From Chloroflexota bacterium (GTDB lineage Bacteria; Chloroflexota; Anaerolineae; Promineifilales; Promineifilaceae), in assembly GCA_013112725.1 (NCBI GenBank), contig JABFFZ010000004.1, positions 24,147-88,146 on the forward strand: 64,000 bases of DNA, given 5' to 3'. A program made the translations under genes and the position numbers. Below, piece after piece: positions 8,764-16,454 of the stretch (its first letter is position 1; each line of letters opens with the position of its first letter). The notes beneath the pieces are model-generated. The model searched no databases and was not told the DNA's origin. It was given only the letters and a program-made list of their open reading frames with translations.

Positions 8764-9126
8764 ATGTTAGCAGCAGGCGTAGATATGATCGAAATTGCCC
8801 GGATTGAACAGGGCATTGCCCGATATGGCGAGCGGTTTTTGCAGCGTTTTTTTACAGAGCAAGAGCAGGCGTTTTGTAACGGCCGTGTCGCCAGCCTAGC
8901 CGCCCGTTTTGCTGCCAAAGAGGCGGTGGGTAAGGCGCTCGGTACCGGCATTGGTGATATTCGCTGGGTAGATGTGGAAGTGGTCTGTGATGCTGGTGGT
9001 AAACCGGAATTAGTGCTGCATGATGTCGCCCAAGAACTGGCCCAGGCGCGGGGCCTGACCCAATGGGCCATCAGCCTGTCGCACACAGAAACCCATGCCA
9101 TCGCCTTTGTGGTGGCGATGGGGTAA
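8764..9126 (+). CDS. acpS: Holo-[acyl-carrier-protein] synthase (4'-phosphopantetheinyl transferase)
   Basis: MLAAGVDMIEIARIE...RFFTEQE...LAARFAAKEAVGKALGTG...W..IS(L)SH is the AcpS pattern. The ORF-track start at 8719 lies inside the repeat hairpin, so ATG 8764 is preferred. Confidence 0.85.
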   Translation: MLAAGVDMIEIARIEQGIARYGERFLQRFFTEQEQAFCNGRVASLAARFAAKEAVGKALGTGIGDIRWVDVEVVCDAGGKPELVLHDVAQELAQARGLTQWAISLSHTETHAIAFVVAMG

Positions 9127-9162
9127 TTGGGTCATTGCGTAATTACCCAATTACCCAATTAC
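9123..9162. repeat. Octamer-repeat hairpin (GTAATTGG family)
   Basis: gtaattgggtcattgcgtaattacccaattacccaattac. The acpS stop codon TAA lies inside the first unit. Confidence 0.85.
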
Positions 9163-9181
9163 TATTAACAGGAGGCGCACA

Positions 9182-9934
9182 ATGGCAGAATGGAAAACAG
9201 ATGATGGCAGTTTGATTCATTATGAAGTGCATGGCAATAACGGCAAACCGGCGCTGCTGCTGCTGCCTGGGCTGCTGGGCACAATTGGCGTGCAGTGGCG
9301 GCCGTTCATCAAGCCACTGACGGCCGATTATCAGGTGGTGTTGATGGATTTAAGGGGACACGGCCGTTCCACCAACACCGCCAAAGAGCTGAACCCGGAA
9401 AAGATGATGTTTGACGTCAGCGGCTTGCTCGATATTCTGAATGTGCCGGTAGTGCATGTGGCCGGCTACAGCCTGGGCGGTTACCTGGGGCTGATGTTGG
9501 CCCTGAAAGAGCCGCGCCGGGTAGCTACCCTGCTTATGCACGCCACCAAATTTTTCTGGACGCAAGAAGCCGCCGCCAAAATGCACCAGCAGCTAGACCC
9601 GGACATCATGGCTAAAAAAGTCTCCACCTACGCCGAACAATTGGCGCATGAACATGGCGCCCGTCAGTGGCGTGTGCTGGTGCGGCAGGCCGCCGATATG
9701 ACCACTTATCTGGTGGATAATGGCATCACCGAGCGCATGGCCTCCCATACCCAATGCCCTGTTTTAGTCAGCGTGGGCGACCGGGACGAACTGGTACCGG
9801 TCAATGAAGCGCTGCGCCTGGCCCGTTTGTTTAACCAGGGTGAACTCATTGTGCTGCCTGGTGTGCGCCATCCTTTCCAAACCGTGCGCGCCATTCCCTT
9901 ACTGCCGATGATGCAGCATTTTCACCGGATGTGA
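9182..9934 (+). CDS. Alpha/beta-fold hydrolase
   Basis: 250 aa. Nucleophile elbow GYSLGG, HG-type oxyanion region (LLLPGLLG), and a C-terminal His region (GVRHPF). Confidence 0.8.
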   Translation: MAEWKTDDGSLIHYEVHGNNGKPALLLLPGLLGTIGVQWRPFIKPLTADYQVVLMDLRGHGRSTNTAKELNPEKMMFDVSGLLDILNVPVVHVAGYSLGGYLGLMLALKEPRRVATLLMHATKFFWTQEAAAKMHQQLDPDIMAKKVSTYAEQLAHEHGARQWRVLVRQAADMTTYLVDNGITERMASHTQCPVLVSVGDRDELVPVNEALRLARLFNQGELIVLPGVRHPFQTVRAIPLLPMMQHFHRM

Positions 9935-9940
9935 AACCAG

Positions 9941-10004
9941 GTAATTGGGTAATTGAGTAATTAGGTAATTACCCAGTTACTCAGTTACTCAATTACGCAA
10001 TTAC
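9941..10004. repeat. Octamer-repeat hairpin (4 x GTAATTRR, then 4 inverted units)
   Basis: gtaattgg gtaattga gtaattag gtaattac ccagttac tcagttac tcaattac gcaattac. The two arms are imperfect reverse complements. Confidence 0.9.
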
Positions 10005-10013
10005 ATTCCCAAG

Positions 10014-10859
10014 ATGACAAAACGTTTATTAGCCATTCTGGCCCACCCTGATGATGAATCCTTTGGCCCTGGCGGTACCTTTGCCCGCTATGCGGCTGAG
10101 GGGGTAGATGTGCATATTGCCATTGCCACCGATGGCGCGGCCGGTTCGGTGGTGGAAGAGTATAAGGACGCTCATGACCGGCTGGCGGCCGTGCGTGCCG
10201 AAGAATTGAAGCGGGCAATAGCCATTCTGGGTGCTACCCTACATACATTCGGGTATCGTGACTCCGGCTATATTGGCGACCCAGCCAATGAACATCCCGA
10301 TGCTTTTGTCAACGCCGATTTACAGGAGGCAACAGGCAAAGTGGTAAAGCTCATCCGGGAAATTCGGCCGCAAGTCATCATTACCCACGACGAGATGGGG
10401 GGCTACCTGCATCCCGATCACATTATGTGTTGGAAAATCACCACACCGGCTTTTACGGCCGCAGCTGACCCGGCGCAATACCCAGAATTTGGTCTGGAAC
10501 CGTACCGGCCGCAGCGTTTGTATTACACCGCTTTTTCCAACCGGTGGGTGAAGTTTGGCATTTTTATCTTGAAGTTGCGTCGTCAGGACCCAACCAAATT
10601 TGGGCGCAACGGGGATATTGATCTGACAAAAATTGGCGCGGACCCCAAACAAATCAACACGGTGATTGATTACCGGCCGTATTGGGATGTGAAAATGGCG
10701 GCCAGTGCGGCCCATGCCAGCCAGGGTGGGGGCACGGGCGGCATCCGCCGGGCGCCGGTGTGGCTCATGCGTCACTTCCTGGCCAAAGATACCTATATTC
10801 GCGCTTATCCGCCAGGGATAAACGGCCGTCGAGATACCGACCTGTTCGCTGACCTTTAA
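10014..10859 (+). CDS. PIG-L/LmbE family N-acetylglucosaminyl deacetylase
   Basis: N-terminal AHPDDESFGPGG motif and the downstream HPDH motif typical of LmbE-like zinc deacetylases. Confidence 0.85.
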   Translation: MTKRLLAILAHPDDESFGPGGTFARYAAEGVDVHIAIATDGAAGSVVEEYKDAHDRLAAVRAEELKRAIAILGATLHTFGYRDSGYIGDPANEHPDAFVNADLQEATGKVVKLIREIRPQVIITHDEMGGYLHPDHIMCWKITTPAFTAAADPAQYPEFGLEPYRPQRLYYTAFSNRWVKFGIFILKLRRQDPTKFGRNGDIDLTKIGADPKQINTVIDYRPYWDVKMAASAAHASQGGGTGGIRRAPVWLMRHFLAKDTYIRAYPPGINGRRDTDLFADL

Positions 10860-10869
10860 GGAGAAAACA

Positions 10870-11826
10870 ATGAATTTGTTTCGTCGTACACTGCGTTTAT
10901 TGTTTGTGTTGGCCGGTTTGTTGGTTGGCCTGGTGGCGGCGCTGGCGGCCTTTTTTGCCCGCCAGATCATCAATCCGCCCCGGTTGAGGCTTTGGGTGAC
11001 GCCAGGTGAGTTGGGTATGCCCTATGATCATGTGCAGTTCCCGGCGCTGGATGGTATCCGCCTGAGCGGCTGGTTCATCCCCGCCCTGGCCGATTCACGC
11101 CGCAAAGGGGCCACGATTATCCTGGTTCATGGCTGGCCCTGGAACCGGTTGGGGACAACGGCCGTAACTCTATTAGATAAACTTACCAACAGCCAACCAT
11201 TGGAATTGATGCGTCTGGCTCATGCTCTGCATCAAGATGGTTTTAATGTCTTGATGTTTGACCTGCGCAATCATGGTGAAAGCGCTGCCGCGCCACCCGT
11301 TACTTTTGGTATTGAAGAGTCAAAGGATTTATTGGGCGCGGTGGCGTTTGTGAAAACCAGATCGGAGGTAGATCCAGGGCGTATCGGTGTGATTGGTTTT
11401 TCGATGGGGGGAAATACAGTGCTGTACACGCTGGCGCAAACGCGGGAGATTCAGGCGGCGGTGGCTGTGCAGCCAACCTCAGTGGGTATTTTTGCAGAGC
11501 GTTACGGCCGTGACAATCTTGGCCCCCTTGCCATTCTTGTCCTGCCGCTGGCTGAAAGGCTGTATCGTATGCGGGGGGGGCGGCCGTTTGCCGATATTCG
11601 CCCGGTTGCCGCTGCCGCTCACGCCGGTAAAACGCCGGTGTTATACATTCAGGGTAGTGGCGATGCCTGGGGCAGCGCCGCCGATGTGGCCCAAATGGCC
11701 TCAGCCACCCCCAACCCCAGCGGCCCCCTCTACGTTGAATCCACTCACCGTTTTGACGGCTACCAATACCTGCTCAACAACCCCAAAATTGCCACAGCCT
11801 TCTTTGAGCAGCACTTACCGGAATAA
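10870..11826 (+). CDS. Membrane-anchored alpha/beta hydrolase
   Basis: N-terminal TM helix (LLFVLAGLLVGLVAALAAFF), an HGW oxyanion region and nucleophile elbow GFSMGG. Confidence 0.75.
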   Translation: MNLFRRTLRLLFVLAGLLVGLVAALAAFFARQIINPPRLRLWVTPGELGMPYDHVQFPALDGIRLSGWFIPALADSRRKGATIILVHGWPWNRLGTTAVTLLDKLTNSQPLELMRLAHALHQDGFNVLMFDLRNHGESAAAPPVTFGIEESKDLLGAVAFVKTRSEVDPGRIGVIGFSMGGNTVLYTLAQTREIQAAVAVQPTSVGIFAERYGRDNLGPLAILVLPLAERLYRMRGGRPFADIRPVAAAAHAGKTPVLYIQGSGDAWGSAADVAQMASATPNPSGPLYVESTHRFDGYQYLLNNPKIATAFFEQHLPE

Positions 11827-11917
11827 AGAAGTAGTTGAGTCATTCGGTTTAAGCGTCAGATGAATTGCGTGGGTGTGTGTTTGTAGGCAACGGTCGTGCC
11901 TGTTATAGTTCCCTACT

Positions 11918-13276
11918 ATGACAAAACGTACACTTGGCGTACTGGTTGTGTGTCTGTTATTGCTGGCGGGAGCCACCACCCAGACCACCAAAGCGCAATC
12001 GGCGGATGCCATTTTGCAGCAGGTGAACCAGTTTCGCCTGAATAACGGCCTGCCTGCCTTTACCTACAACGCGGCGTTAGCTTCAGCCGCGCAAAACCAG
12101 GCCAACTACATGGCCGAATTTGGCGTTTTCAGCAGCCATATGGGGTATGGCGGCTCCTGGCCACAAGACCGGGCCAATGCCGCTGGCTACAGCGGGCAGG
12201 TGACGGAAAATATCGTCGGCGGTACCAACCTGACCGCGCCGCGGGGCCTTACCTGGTGGGTGAACAGCCCCACCCACTACAACACCCTCATCACCACCCG
12301 CTATACCGAAGCTGGCACGGGTTATGCCAGAGCCGGTGATATTAACTACTTTGTGCTGGTGGTAGGGCAGCCGGGTAATGCCCCCATTCAACCGGCGGCC
12401 ATTGCCAACAACAATTACCCTGGCGCCCTGTTTATCACCCCCATTACCCTGGCCGAACCGGGTGAAGACGGCTCCATTGTCCATGTGGTGCAGGAAGGGC
12501 AGGCGCTTTGGTCGCTGGCGGCCCATTATGATGTGCCCCTGTCCGATTTGCTGCTGTACAATGGCTTGCAAGCCGATTCCTTTGTGCATACCGGCGACAA
12601 GATCATCATCCGGCTGGCGGAGGGCGCGCCCATTCCGCCCACGCCCACGCCGCCCACCACCCACAAGGTGCGCGACGGGGAATCACTGTGGACGATTGCC
12701 GCTTTGTATCAGGTGCGTATGGGGGATGTGATGTGGTACAACAATTTGTCGGAAGAGTCGGTGTTGCAACCGGGGCAAGAGGTGAAGATACGGCTGGCGG
12801 CGGGAGAATTGCCACCGCCCACGCCCACGCCCATTATCAACCACATTGTGCGCGCCGGGCAGACGCCTTGGGAAATTGCCTTGACCTACGGGCTGACGCT
12901 GGAACAACTGCTGGAATTTAACGATATGGAACCTAATGCCATCATCAAACCGGGTGATGAACTGCGCATTCGCCCGCTAGACACACCCACACCGACGCCG
13001 CTGCCCACGTCCACGGCCACCCCGCCCACACCAACGGCGACAATAACCCCTACGCCCACTTCTATCTCCTTTCCATTAACAGAAGGCACGGCCGTTGCCG
13101 CCAATATCCGCGCCGCCAACAGTATCACGGCCGCGCCCACCCCCCGCGCCGTGCAGGAACAATCCACTACCACACTGGCCCGACCCTGGTTATGGGGCAC
13201 GGCCGTGTTTGTGATCGGTCTGTTGGCCCTCGGCGGCGCGTTCCTGGTGGCGTTACGCAAAGAGAAGATTTCGTAA
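11918..13276 (+). CDS. Secreted CAP/SCP domain protein with three LysM repeats and a C-terminal TM anchor
   Basis: Signal peptide, then a CAP-like N-terminal domain (ILQQVNQFRLNNGLPAFTYNAALASAAQNQANYMA). Three LysM-like units (H.V..G..LW.IA..Y.....L...N.L) are separated by PPTPTP linkers. The C-terminus is hydrophobic (WLWGTAVFVIGLLALGGAFLV). Confidence 0.8.
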   Translation: MTKRTLGVLVVCLLLLAGATTQTTKAQSADAILQQVNQFRLNNGLPAFTYNAALASAAQNQANYMAEFGVFSSHMGYGGSWPQDRANAAGYSGQVTENIVGGTNLTAPRGLTWWVNSPTHYNTLITTRYTEAGTGYARAGDINYFVLVVGQPGNAPIQPAAIANNNYPGALFITPITLAEPGEDGSIVHVVQEGQALWSLAAHYDVPLSDLLLYNGLQADSFVHTGDKIIIRLAEGAPIPPTPTPPTTHKVRDGESLWTIAALYQVRMGDVMWYNNLSEESVLQPGQEVKIRLAAGELPPPTPTPIINHIVRAGQTPWEIALTYGLTLEQLLEFNDMEPNAIIKPGDELRIRPLDTPTPTPLPTSTATPPTPTATITPTPTSISFPLTEGTAVAANIRAANSITAAPTPRAVQEQSTTTLARPWLWGTAVFVIGLLALGGAFLVALRKEKIS

Positions 13277-13295
13277 GCAGAGGTTGGGCAACCGA

Positions 13296-13949
13296 TTACC
13301 GAATTACCGACTTTGCGTTGGCAATAAACGCCCGCACCAGCGCCGGGTCTTTGCGGCCCGGAGAAATTTCCACCCCACTGGCAACGTCAACGGCATACGG
13401 CCGTACCACCCGCACCGCTTCGGCTACATTCTCCGGCGTCAGGCCGCCGGCCAGCATCAAGCCGGGAATTTGCCGAGCCAGGTGGGCGCAGACTGACCAG
13501 TCGGCCGTCTGGCCGGTGCCGCCGCGCAGGGTGGGGTGGTAGGCGTCAATGAGGAGATTGGGAGATTGAGGTGAAACGTACCATTCGGCGTCGGTTTCGG
13601 CTTCAACAAGGGAGGTGGGACGCAGGGCTTTGAAGGCACGGCCGTAGAGCGGCGACCGTGTATCCCCCACCAACCAGGGTGGTTCATCCCCGTGCAACTG
13701 CGCCAGGTCTAGCTGACATTCAGCCATAATTTCGGCCATCCGTTCCGGCGTTTCATTCACAAACACCCCCACCAGCACCGGGCAGTTATCTAATTGCCGC
13801 AGCCGGATGGTAATGGCTTGGGCCACATCGAGGGTAATGCTCCGTTTGCCCGGTGGGTAAAAAATAAAACCAAGAAAATCCGCACCCGCCTCGGCCGCCA
13901 GCAGCGCATCTTCCAGATTAGTTGTGCCACAAATTTTGACTTTTACCAT
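13296..13949 (-). CDS. trpF: Phosphoribosylanthranilate isomerase
   Basis: MVKVKICGTTNLEDALLAAEAGADFLGFIFYPPGKR and the C-terminal GLTPENV..A......GVDVASGVE are the TrpF signature regions. No other trp genes are nearby. Confidence 0.85.
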   Translation of the reverse strand: MVKVKICGTTNLEDALLAAEAGADFLGFIFYPPGKRSITLDVAQAITIRLRQLDNCPVLVGVFVNETPERMAEIMAECQLDLAQLHGDEPPWLVGDTRSPLYGRAFKALRPTSLVEAETDAEWYVSPQSPNLLIDAYHPTLRGGTGQTADWSVCAHLARQIPGLMLAGGLTPENVAEAVRVVRPYAVDVASGVEISPGRKDPALVRAFIANAKSVIR

Positions 13950-14024
13950 AAAAATGATCTGTGACGCGATTTGGAAAATCGCGCTACGTGTAATACTTTT
14001 TTGCCTGCCCCGTATAATGCTTTG

Positions 14025-14555
14025 ATGATGGCTAAATCACTTTCCATTCCCTGGTTCAGGGCCGCCGCCACTGAAGCGGATTTTGCCGAACTATACCACG
14101 CCGAACTGCCGCGTGTGTATAACTTCTTCCGCTACCGGGTGGGCGACGGGCCGCTGGCCGAAGACCTGACAGCCGAAACGTTCGAGAAGGCGTGGCGCAA
14201 TCGTGACCGTTACCGGCGTGACCTGGCCGCCTTTTCCACCTGGCTGTTTACCATTGCCCGGCGCGTGGCCACAGACCACTACCGCAAAACGCGGCCAGAA
14301 ATCCCGCTGCATGAAGTGAGCCATCTCACACATGATGAAAATATGGAGGAGTGGGCGCAACAACAGGCCGACTTTACCCGTTTGTCCCTCCTCCTTTCCC
14401 GGCTTGCAGACCGTGACCGAGAGTTGGTGGCTCTCAAGTACGGCGCTGGTCTCACCAACCGCACCATCGCGGGCCTCACCGGGCTATCGGAATCCAATGT
14501 CGGCGTTATTCTCCATCGGACGCTGCAATCGTTACGCAGCGAATGGGAGGCTTAA
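14025..14555 (+). CDS. ECF-type RNA polymerase sigma-70 factor
   Basis: Region 2 (LYHAELPRVYNFFRYRVGD...AEDLTAETFEKAW) and region 4 (RELVALKYGAGLTNRTIAGLTGLSESNVGVILHRTLQSLR). ATG 14025 is preferred over the ORF-track TTG at 13971. Confidence 0.85.
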   Translation: MMAKSLSIPWFRAAATEADFAELYHAELPRVYNFFRYRVGDGPLAEDLTAETFEKAWRNRDRYRRDLAAFSTWLFTIARRVATDHYRKTRPEIPLHEVSHLTHDENMEEWAQQQADFTRLSLLLSRLADRDRELVALKYGAGLTNRTIAGLTGLSESNVGVILHRTLQSLRSEWEA

Positions 14556-14557
14556 CC

Positions 14558-15322
14558 ATGAACGATGATTTTTTAACCCGCTTTCGTAAGACGCCACGAG
14601 CGGAATTCGAGGCGGCCCTTTACCGGAGGATTTCTAAACCGATGACTGCTTCAACAACTCTGTATCCCCGCCGCCGGCTGGCGCTGGCTTTTGCCGCCGT
14701 GCTGCTGGTGTTGGCCCTGGCCCTGGCTGCTTCGCCGGGGGCGCGGGCCATGGCGGCGGGTTTTTTGCGCCAGATTGGCATCCTCACGCTCAGTGAGCGC
14801 CCGGCTGGCGAACCGGTGCTGATTGCCCCCGCATCGCCGGAACAGTTGGCGCTGGCCGAAGCGACGGCCACGCCCATTGTCCCCGCTTCCCTGTCCGGCG
14901 CGCCACTGGAAGTGGCTGTGGCCCAGGCCGGTTTCCCGCCCTATCTGCCGGGTTATCTGCCCGCCGGTTTTACCCAGGTGGAACTGGTAGCCGCCGAATA
15001 TGTGGACGACAGTGGCATTGGGCACGGCATGGGCATTTTTGCCACCTACCTTTCGCCAACGGATGGGTATCTGGCAATTCAGACCACCGGTTTTGATGAA
15101 CGCGCTCAGGATGTGCCCATGGGCGGCCGGACTATAACCGACGTGGTTGTGAATGGGCAGCCGGGTGTGTGGATCGAGGCGCTGCCGTTTGCATCGTCGC
15201 TGGTTTCCAGCCAGGCCATCAATATGCTGCTCTGGTCGGAGAATGGCTATGTGCTGGCGGTTCAGGCAGACCAGCTATCGCTGGCTGAAGTGCTAAAAAT
15301 CGCCGAATCGCTCAGCCAATAA
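14558..15322 (+). CDS. Putative anti-sigma factor (single-pass membrane protein with DUF4367-like outer domain)
   Basis: Immediately follows the sigma gene, with a GGGAGG RBS inside the sigma 3' end. It has one TM helix (LALAFAAVLLVLALALAA). The call rests on position and topology only. Confidence 0.5.
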   Translation: MNDDFLTRFRKTPRAEFEAALYRRISKPMTASTTLYPRRRLALAFAAVLLVLALALAASPGARAMAAGFLRQIGILTLSERPAGEPVLIAPASPEQLALAEATATPIVPASLSGAPLEVAVAQAGFPPYLPGYLPAGFTQVELVAAEYVDDSGIGHGMGIFATYLSPTDGYLAIQTTGFDERAQDVPMGGRTITDVVVNGQPGVWIEALPFASSLVSSQAINMLLWSENGYVLAVQADQLSLAEVLKIAESLSQ

Positions 15323-15326
15323 TACG

Positions 15327-15375
15327 TTTGTAGTAACCGCTTTAGCGGGAAAACCGCTGAAGCGGTTACTACGAA
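15327..15375. terminator. ~21-bp hairpin between convergent genes (possible bidirectional terminator); member of the GCTTTAGC hairpin family
   Basis: tttgtagtaaccgctttagcgg gaaaa ccgctgaagcggttactacgaa. The 3' arm overlaps the stop of the minus-strand esterase gene. There is no clear U-tract. Confidence 0.55.
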
Positions 15376-16454
15376 CAAGGGGGGTAAGCGATGCGGTCGG
15401 GGGGCCAAACGGCCGTATGCCAGTCTAGATATTCCACGATATGCGCTGCCCAATAATCCTCATTATGGCCGCCGGGGTTGATGGTGGTCTGGTGGGTGAT
15501 GCCCGCCTCGGTGAGCAGCCGGTCTAGCTCCTCTTGCCCCCGCCACAAAAAATCCTCTTCACCCCAATCCAGCCAGATGCGCAGCTGGCTCAGGTCAGCG
15601 TCGTTGTAGTTTGCCAACGGGTTGTAGGGGGCCGGGTCGGTTTTGAGGCGCAGGGAACTGCTGTGCCCGGCCACGGCCGTGAACAATGCGCTATGCCGGA
15701 ACGCCACCATCAACGCCCAATAGCCCCCCCGCGAAATCCCGCCAATGCTGCGCCCGGTCGCATCGCCCCAGGCGCAGTAGTTGGCTTCGACAAAGGGGAG
15801 CAGTTCTTCCACAATGACCGCTTCCAGACTGTATGGCCCGCCAGACAGGTTGTTGCCCAGCGGGTTGGCGGCGGGCATGATAGCAATGAACGGGGGGTAA
15901 CGGCCGTCCCCAATCCCCCCATCGGCATGCCAGGCCAGCCCCAGGTTGAGCCACTGGTCGTCCCCCTGAATGGAGCCGGGCAGCAGGTAGAGGACGGGGT
16001 AGGTACGGCCGTCGTGCCCATAACAGGGCGGTAGGTAGGCATGATAACTGCGCCAGGGGCCGGCGACCCGGCTGGGTAACTGGCTGCGGAAAAACAGCCC
16101 CTCGCCGTCACAAGGCACGGCAGCAGGCGGCGCGTCCAGATAAGGGGCCGTTACCGTCAGCGGGAAAGTGGGCTGAATACGCGGTGTGGGCGAGGGGGTG
16201 GGGGTGAAGGTGGGAGTAGCGGTGGGGATAATGGATGTCTGTGTACTGGTGGGGCGGGGCGTCAAGGTGGCCGGGGGCACGGCCGTGAACCGGGGTTTGT
16301 AGCTGGCAAAGGGCGTCATGGTTGGCAGGGAAATAGGGGCGGCGTCAACAGGTACGGCCGTGCCGCCGCCACACCCCACCAGCCACCAAAGCAGGCTTGC
16401 CCACACCACCATCCACTTAAGCAGAGAACCAGCATTAAGGGATGTAATAAACAT
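15369..16454 (-). CDS. Secreted lipoprotein esterase (putative esterase / esterase D-like alpha/beta hydrolase)
   Basis: Lipobox LVGCGG, a Pro/Thr-rich linker, and a catalytic region with IGGISRGGYWAL (GxSxG-like) and a C-terminal GGHN. The start overlaps the end of the upstream M23 gene by 20 nt. Confidence 0.7.
   Translation of the reverse strand: MFITSLNAGSLLKWMVVWASLLWWLVGCGGGTAVPVDAAPISLPTMTPFASYKPRFTAVPPATLTPRPTSTQTSIIPTATPTFTPTPSPTPRIQPTFPLTVTAPYLDAPPAAVPCDGEGLFFRSQLPSRVAGPWRSYHAYLPPCYGHDGRTYPVLYLLPGSIQGDDQWLNLGLAWHADGGIGDGRYPPFIAIMPAANPLGNNLSGGPYSLEAVIVEELLPFVEANYCAWGDATGRSIGGISRGGYWALMVAFRHSALFTAVAGHSSSLRLKTDPAPYNPLANYNDADLSQLRIWLDWGEEDFLWRGQEELDRLLTEAGITHQTTINPGGHNEDYWAAHIVEYLDWHTAVWPPDRIAYPPCS

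Noticed and set aside
12630-13070. Nucleotide-level repeats (CCCACGCCCACGCC etc.). Similar ones occur at 16150-16260, 17560-17600, 18190-18230, 20270-20350 and 21700-21780
   Set aside because: They encode Pro/Thr-rich interdomain linkers of secreted proteins. This is coding low-complexity sequence, not independent DNA elements.
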